From assembly GCA_022447855.1 (NCBI GenBank), contig JAKUTX010000003.1, forward strand, positions 39,707 through 103,706: a stretch of 64,000 nt of DNA, given 5' to 3'. The notes beneath the pieces were generated by a model. That model saw only the letters and a list, made by a program, of their open reading frames with translations, did no database searches and was not told where the DNA came from. The stretch is from SAR202 cluster bacterium (GTDB lineage: Bacteria > Chloroflexota > Dehalococcoidia > Lucifugimonadales > UBA6927). Positions 58,601 through 64,000 of the stretch are shown here, piece after piece. The first letter of the stretch is position 1. Each line of letters begins with the position of its first letter. The translations under genes and the position numbers were made by a program.

Positions 58601-60098
58601 AGCCTTCATCCCAATGTTCTCGTAAGACTATCGATGAAATATCAGAATTCTGCTGCAACCATTCTGATGCATCCATCGCAGAGTGTGTTTCAGAGCGCAT
58701 ATTCATATATCCTGCGGAATAAATAATGGTTCCTCCTAAAAAAACCGTCAAACAAATTGAAATAATTAAAGTTGAAGTAGAGTTGCCAAAATGCTTACAA
58801 ATCTTCTCGCTAAATGACTTGAAGAAAAGTGCCCCAAAAATAAACAGAAATGGGACTATGGGTAGTAGATACCTTAGGAATTTTACTTCAAAATTCCCCC
58901 AAATTAACAAATATGGAATCACCCAACACAGGCATAAAACGGTTAAACGCGACTCATAAGATCGAAAAAGCAAAGTTGCTAACAAGCTAGTTAATGAAAT
59001 CACACTCGAGAACAAAATCACTATTAATGAATTTCCAAATATTATCAAAATAAGAGCTGGTAGAATCAAACCTATTACCAAATATAATGCCGAAATTTTT
59101 AAATTCAGGCCTCGAAATAAAACATATCCCAAACCTAACCATGCAAAAATTGCTAAAGGAATCCCTAGTCCCCAACTACTCAATTGCTTAAATTGATAAA
59201 GATAAGATGGTGTATCAAAATATTGACGCGTATATGGGTAATCAAGAAAGCCTCTGACCATTAAAGACTGTTCTCTTAAATCTGCAAAAAATTGTGAATG
59301 ATCTAGAAATGCATATGGTTGAGTAATTAAAAAAGCTAAAATAGTAGCAATCATTCCAAAGAAAATCCCGATCATAGCTTGGAAGGTTCGAGATGGTAAA
59401 CAAAGTAACTGTCCAGAAAAATTTTGCGGGTGCAATAAATAAAAGAAATGGGCAAGCAAGAACACAGGTATTAGAGGTAGCAAACTAATCTTTGTAGCTA
59501 AACCAGCACCAAGAAAGATTCCCGCAAAAACAGAATCTCTCCATTTGCAATTTATCATCAATCTATGCAAGAAAAAGACTGTGCCTACTGTAAAAAACGT
59601 AGCGAATGTATCAACTGTTAAAAACGAGCTAAGCTGGAGATGGATCACAGCAATTGATAAGAAAACAGGAACAAGAATTGTCCACTTTGATTTCATTAAT
59701 TTCCTTGCCAAAAAGAATGAGAAACTCAAAGTTCCTATATCCGCCAAAGAAGATAAAATCCTTCCCAAAATTCTTAGATCATGAATTTCCACACTTGTAA
59801 AGAAGGAGAGAAAATTTGTTGTGACTTTAATCAAATATAACGGAGCACTACCATATGCAAACCATGCAGGATTCCAGCTACTTTGCTCCGCATCAAATAG
59901 GATATTCAATTGATCAAAAGATGGAAAGGATAAATCCTGAAGTTTAAATAAAATTGCCCGTTCATCCGGATGTGGTGTCCAAAAAAACCCATCATCCCAA
60001 TTTAAACCTGTTGATCTAATTAAAATAGCTAGAATTAAAATGAATGGAAACGCTATATATACATCCCATTGATTTATTATTTTGGTTTTGATTGACAT
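55671..60098 (-). CDS. Giant polytopic membrane protein: N-terminal GT-C (PMT/ArnT-like) module fused to a DUF2298-type module
   Basis: 1475 aa. Module A (aa 1 to ~695) has WTPHPDER in the first loop, more than 10 TM helices and a soluble domain ending [18 protein letters not shown]. Module B has more than 12 TM helices with [41 protein letters not shown], plus a C-terminal soluble domain ([13 protein letters not shown]...[11 protein letters not shown]). Confidence 0.7.
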   Translation of the reverse strand: [1475 protein letters not shown]

Positions 60099-60187
60099 AA
60101 ATCTTTCCTACTGAATAAATCTACTATCAACTCTCTGGCCCTAATCTAAGTATTCCCATATGCAAATATGCTATAATTTTTCCTCTT

Positions 60188-60277
60188 GGAGAGATGGCCG
60201 AGTGGACGAAGGCGCCGGTCTCGAAAACCGGTATGGGTTCATTCCCATCGTGGGTTCGAATCCCACTCTCTCCGCCA
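60188..60277 (+). tRNA. tRNA-Ser (anticodon CGA), CCA encoded
   Basis: I folded the cloverleaf by hand. The acceptor is GGAGAGA/TCTCTCC. The anticodon stem is CCGGT/ACCGG with loop CTCGAAA. There is a long variable arm (TGGG...CCCA), a T-arm GTGGG-TTCGAAT-CCCAC, and discriminator G plus CCA. Confidence 0.9.
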
Positions 60278-60402
60278 CAATATTAGCAATTTTAGTTGAA
60301 ACAGACTTCCATTAGAATAACAAACAATGATAAAGTTCTATCCCAGCAGTGTAAACAAAAATTAATCAAAGATTTCATTTGTTTAATTTCCTACTATTTA
60401 TT

Positions 60403-60492
60403 GGAGAGGTGCTAGAGTGGACGAATAGGCGCGCCTGGAAAGCGCGTGTCCTCGCAAGAGGACCATGGGTTCGAATCCCATCCTCTCCGCCA
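60403..60492 (+). tRNA. tRNA-Ser (anticodon GGA), CCA encoded
   Basis: The acceptor is GGAGAGG/CCTCTCC. The anticodon stem is CGCGC/GCGCG with loop CTGGAAA. There is a long variable arm (GTCCTC/GAGGAC), a T-loop TTCGAAT, and G plus CCA. Confidence 0.9.
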
Positions 60493-60633
60493 TTTGAATT
60501 AAATTGTTATATAACCTTCTAATCGAAATAAAAAAGATCGAACAAAAAACCAAAAAACGGATGACAAATCACAATAGCATGTAATATAGTTTGCATCTAT
60601 GTGCAAAATTCAAAAACAAAGTAAATCAAAACA

Positions 60634-62880
60634 ATGAGCAAGAATCTTGTAATAGTTGAATCTCCAGCTAAAGCTAGGACAATAGGTCGTTTCCTGGGAA
60701 AGAGCTATGTCGTCAAAGCCTCAATGGGGCACGTTCGTGACTTGCCTAAAAGTGGGCTTGGAATCGAAACTTCTGACGGATCTTTCGAACCAAGTTATCG
60801 AGTAATGCCCGACAAACGAAAAATAATTACTGAACTTAAAAATGCCGTAAAAACTGCAGATGTTGTTTATTTAGCTACCGACCCTGACCGCGAAGGAGAA
60901 GCAATATCATGGCATTTAATGGAAGCAACAGGGATACCAAAAGAAAAAGCTCGTAGGGTTATTTTTCACGAAGTTACAGAAGCCGCAGTACAACATGCTT
61001 TTGATAATCCTAGGTCCCTAAATGTAAGTCTCGTCAATCAACAACAAGCACGACGTATGATGGATAGATTGATTGGTTACCCGCTAAGCGATGTCGTAAG
61101 AAGAAAAATTCGTAATAAGTTATCTGCTGGACGAGTCCAATCTGTTGCGCTGAAATTAATTACAGATCGTGAAAACGAGCGAAATAATTTTAATTCAGAA
61201 GAATATTGGATTATTGAAACATTATTCTCACAGGCTAATGAGCATTTAGATCAAACTGCCTTTCCTGCAATGCTACATAGTATAGACGGATCAACGGTCA
61301 GAAAAAACGCAAACTCTAAATGGAAAATTGCTGTAGATAACGAATCCATGGCTCAACAAATTTCAAAAAATTTAAGCAACTCCGAATTTTTAGTTTCTTC
61401 TTCTAAAACTCGTCAAATTAAAGAACGACCTTCTGCTCCATTTATTACTAGTACTCTTCAAAGAACCGCTTCGACCAAACTAGGATTCAATGCCCAAAAT
61501 ACCATGAGGGTCGCTCAGCAATTATATGAAGGAATAGAAGTTGATGGGTCAGAAAGAGTCGGGCTCATAACTTATATGCGTACTGATTCAACAAATGTTT
61601 CACAGGCTGCTCTTACCGAAACTTCGAATTTTATTATTGAAAACTTTGGCCAAGATTATAAGCAAAAAAGTCCCAGAATATATTCTAAAAGAGTGCAGGG
61701 TGCTCAAGAAGCTCACGAAGCAATACGTCCAACATCAATATTCAGAACTCCCAAAAGTCTCCAATCTTCCCTAGATAAAAATCAAATGCGACTGTATGAA
61801 TTAATTTGGAATCGCATGGTATCAAGTCAAATGCCTGACACTGAATATGATGTAACCACTCTAGATATAACTGCAAATGGATCTGACAACAAAAATTACC
61901 TTTTCCGCGCTTCTGGAAGAATAGAAAAATTTCCCGGTTTCAAGATTTTAACCACTTCTGATGAATCTTCATCAGAAGAATCAGATTCAAAATTACCTGT
62001 TATTTCAGAAAAAGAACTTTTGAATTGTCAAAAAATCACTCCCAATCAAAAATTTACACAGCCTCCTCCTAGATTCAACGAGGCCAGTCTTATTAGAACC
62101 TTAGAAGAGTCTGGCATCGGCCGGCCTAGTACTTATGCTTCAATAATTAACACAATTATTTCTCGTCAATATGTTGAAAGAAAACAACGTGCATTGCACC
62201 CAACCAACATTGGAATAGCTGTAAGTGACTTTCTCAACGAAAATTTTCCAAATGTAATTGATGTTGGATTCACAGCACAAATTGAAGAACAATTAGATAA
62301 TATTGACGAAGGTGAGCAATCATGGGCCCCAATGCTTACAGAATTTTACGAAGACTTTGAACCGCTCGTAAGCAATGTTTTGGAAAAAGCAGATAGAGTC
62401 CCAAGAGAAAAATTGGACGAGATGACCGATCACATATGTTCAGAATGTAATAGCCCTATGGTCATTCGCCTCGGGAGAAATGGTAAGTTTATTGCTTGCA
62501 CAGCATTCCCTGAGTGTCGCCAAACAATGGCGATAGATGAAAACGGGGAAATTCTACCTCCACGACCAGTAGTGGAACCAGAGGAAACAGAAGAAATTTG
62601 TGACAAATGTAATTCCCCGATGGTAATTAAAAGACGTAGAAGCGACAATGGGAAATTCATGGCATGTAGCGCATATCCAAAATGCCGGAATGCAAAATCA
62701 ATGCCGCTGGGAGTCAAATGCCCTGAATGTGAAGAAGGAGATATTGTAGAACGCCGATCCAGGCGTCGAGGCTCTAGACCATTCTTTGGATGTAATAGAT
62801 ATCCAGATTGTGAATATCTCACTAATGACCCCCCAATTACACAAGATGAAAAAATCTCTACTGCATCAAGCAATACTTAA
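60634..62880 (+). CDS. topA: DNA topoisomerase I (type IA) with three C-terminal C4 zinc ribbons
   Basis: It has the TOPRIM N-terminus LVIVESPAKARTI, DPDREGE and the catalytic Tyr context GLITYMRTDS. The three zinc ribbons are CSECNSPM...CTAFPEC, CDKCNSPM...CSAYPKC and CPECEEG...CNRYPDC. Confidence 0.95.
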   Translation: MSKNLVIVESPAKARTIGRFLGKSYVVKASMGHVRDLPKSGLGIETSDGSFEPSYRVMPDKRKIITELKNAVKTADVVYLATDPDREGEAISWHLMEATGIPKEKARRVIFHEVTEAAVQHAFDNPRSLNVSLVNQQQARRMMDRLIGYPLSDVVRRKIRNKLSAGRVQSVALKLITDRENERNNFNSEEYWIIETLFSQANEHLDQTAFPAMLHSIDGSTVRKNANSKWKIAVDNESMAQQISKNLSNSEFLVSSSKTRQIKERPSAPFITSTLQRTASTKLGFNAQNTMRVAQQLYEGIEVDGSERVGLITYMRTDSTNVSQAALTETSNFIIENFGQDYKQKSPRIYSKRVQGAQEAHEAIRPTSIFRTPKSLQSSLDKNQMRLYELIWNRMVSSQMPDTEYDVTTLDITANGSDNKNYLFRASGRIEKFPGFKILTTSDESSSEESDSKLPVISEKELLNCQKITPNQKFTQPPPRFNEASLIRTLEESGIGRPSTYASIINTIISRQYVERKQRALHPTNIGIAVSDFLNENFPNVIDVGFTAQIEEQLDNIDEGEQSWAPMLTEFYEDFEPLVSNVLEKADRVPREKLDEMTDHICSECNSPMVIRLGRNGKFIACTAFPECRQTMAIDENGEILPPRPVVEPEETEEICDKCNSPMVIKRRRSDNGKFMACSAYPKCRNAKSMPLGVKCPECEEGDIVERRSRRRGSRPFFGCNRYPDCEYLTNDPPITQDEKISTASSNT

Positions 62881-62944
62881 ATCTTGGGTTTTTAATTACC
62901 ACTAACCTATGGCAGTAAAAGCTTAGACTCTGTAATCTTTTATT

Positions 62945-63859
62945 ATGAAAACCGAAATCTGGTATAAAAAAATTGGTGCTTTTAAAACATACCTAAAAGG
63001 TGAAAGAGCGCTATCAAGTCTGACAATACGAAACTATATTAATGACTTAGCACCTCTTCATCAGTTTATGTCTGACAATCAAATTTTAAAATTTAATGAG
63101 CTTTCCAAGAACAACCTTAGAGAATACCTCTCATGGTTACTAACAAAAGGATATGTTAGACCGAGTGTCGCTAGAAAATTAAGTGTACTGAGAATTTTTT
63201 TAAAATGGGCCAAAACAGTTGGTGAAATCAAATCAAATCCGCTTCCAAAGTACGGTTCTATGAAAACCGAATCAAGGCTTCCAAAATTTCTATCTTATAA
63301 AGAAACAAACAAACTTTTGAATGCTCCAAAAAATTCTAATGTGTTTGGAATCCGTGATAAGGCGATACTAGAAATTCTATATTCGGGAGGATTGAGGGTA
63401 AGTGAACTCACTAACCTTAATATTTCAAACATTCGACTAAACTCTGGAGAAATTAAAGTGATTGGTAAGGGACGGAAGGAGCGAATGGTATTAATAGGAT
63501 CCACATCACAAATTGCCCTAAAACATTATCTGGATTACTCTCGTCCAATACTTAACAAATCACAAGACACGAATGCTCTTTTCCTTAACAAGTATGGAGG
63601 CAGATTAACGCAAAGAAGCGTGCAACAGAAAGTGCGTAATTACTCAATTTCTTCATCAATAACAGGTGATATCCATCCTCACACTCTTAGACATTCCTTT
63701 GCAACTCATTTGTTAGAGGGGGGGGCAGATCTGCGAGTAGTCCAAGAATTGCTGGGGCATTCAAATCCATCTACTACTCAAATTTATACTCATATAACAT
63801 CGGACCAAGCTAGAAAAGTATACTTAAACTCTCATCCTAGAGCAAAATCAAAAAATTGA
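62945..63859 (+). CDS. xerC: Tyrosine recombinase XerC/XerD
   Basis: It has the R-K-H-R-H-Y constellation: GLRVSE, KGRKERMV, HTLRHSFATHLL, LLGHSNPSTTQIYTH. It sits immediately downstream of topA. Confidence 0.85.
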   Translation: MKTEIWYKKIGAFKTYLKGERALSSLTIRNYINDLAPLHQFMSDNQILKFNELSKNNLREYLSWLLTKGYVRPSVARKLSVLRIFLKWAKTVGEIKSNPLPKYGSMKTESRLPKFLSYKETNKLLNAPKNSNVFGIRDKAILEILYSGGLRVSELTNLNISNIRLNSGEIKVIGKGRKERMVLIGSTSQIALKHYLDYSRPILNKSQDTNALFLNKYGGRLTQRSVQQKVRNYSISSSITGDIHPHTLRHSFATHLLEGGADLRVVQELLGHSNPSTTQIYTHITSDQARKVYLNSHPRAKSKN

Positions 63860-63925
63860 ATTAATATCACAATGCTTTCAAGAAAAATCCACTTTGTATA
63901 ATATAGAATCAAGAAAGTGATTATT

Positions 63926-64000
63926 CTATGAAAATTCTTATAATTAATGGACCCAACCTTAATTTTTTGGGACGGCGTGATTCTAAACTTTACGGAACAC
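63926..64000 (+). CDS. aroQ: Type II 3-dehydroquinate dehydratase, N-terminal fragment (runs off the right edge)
   Basis: ATG at 63926 gives MKILIINGPNLNFLGRRDSKLYGT, the canonical AroQ N-terminus (NGPNLN.LG.R....YG). Only 25 codons are visible. Confidence 0.7.

Noticed and set aside
62945-63859. A tyrosine recombinase 2.4 kb from two tRNA genes, which could be an integrase marking a genomic island.
   Set aside because: It has the full XerC/XerD-type catalytic constellation and length and sits in the conserved topA-xerC context, followed by aroQ. I saw no direct repeat of a tRNA 3' end, no phage or plasmid genes, and no obvious change in composition by eye.
1-64000. CRISPR arrays, IS elements or transposases, prophage genes, restriction-modification systems, toxin-antitoxin pairs or known defence systems.
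   Set aside because: None of the ORFs over 60 aa has the motifs of these families, and I noticed no regularly spaced direct repeats. I cannot run an exhaustive repeat search by hand, so short or degenerate repeats could have been missed.

Overview
The window is an AT-rich, very compact chromosomal segment. By my tally of gaps in the ORF track, about 3 kb of 64 kb is non-coding. I call 57 protein-coding genes (two of them edge fragments) and two tandem tRNA-Ser genes.

I found no rRNA, CRISPR array, IS element or transposase, prophage, toxin-antitoxin pair or recognisable defence gene. The only recombinase is a housekeeping-type XerC/D next to topA.

Most of the content is core metabolism and housekeeping:
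- A three-subunit molybdenum hydroxylase.
- A folE/queC/queD operon with a FolM-like reductase.
- cimA, pcrA, korAB, ccmAB, ccdA, nadCA and a sulfite reductase.
- tig-clpP-clpX, lysA, topA, xerC and aroQ.
- Many CoA-dependent catabolic paralogues: two acyl-CoA dehydrogenases, a split MaoC hydratase pair, a CaiB-type CoA transferase, a crotonase, SDRs and an amidohydrolase.

The gene content suggests a marine monoderm Chloroflexota (SAR202 or Dehalococcoidia-like) genome. The supporting features are a DUF2298 giant membrane protein, a fused KorA, no membrane-fusion or outer-membrane partners for the FtsX transporter, and the ACAD/CaiB/ECH expansion. This taxonomic call is inference only.

The most unusual locus is 43885-52624. 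It holds two tandem paralogous giant double-FtsX permeases (1219 and 1149 aa) with very large extracytoplasmic domains, followed by two translationally coupled NBD genes. One NBD carries a C-terminal SpoVT/AbrB-like domain. The module sits inside a 15-kb same-strand array of beta-oxidation-like enzymes (39837-54970).

Secondary curiosities:
- A 1475-aa two-module GT-C/DUF2298 membrane protein.
- A SelA-like PLP enzyme, FlK-like thioesterase and signal-less NHL propeller operon, flanked at a distance by a MoaD-like gene and a JAMM protease.
- A pterin/7-deazaguanine hybrid operon with no queE.
- Convergent gene ends that touch or overlap.

Nothing here can be shown to be novel from sequence alone. 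All functional calls rest on motifs I recognise by eye, not on database searches.
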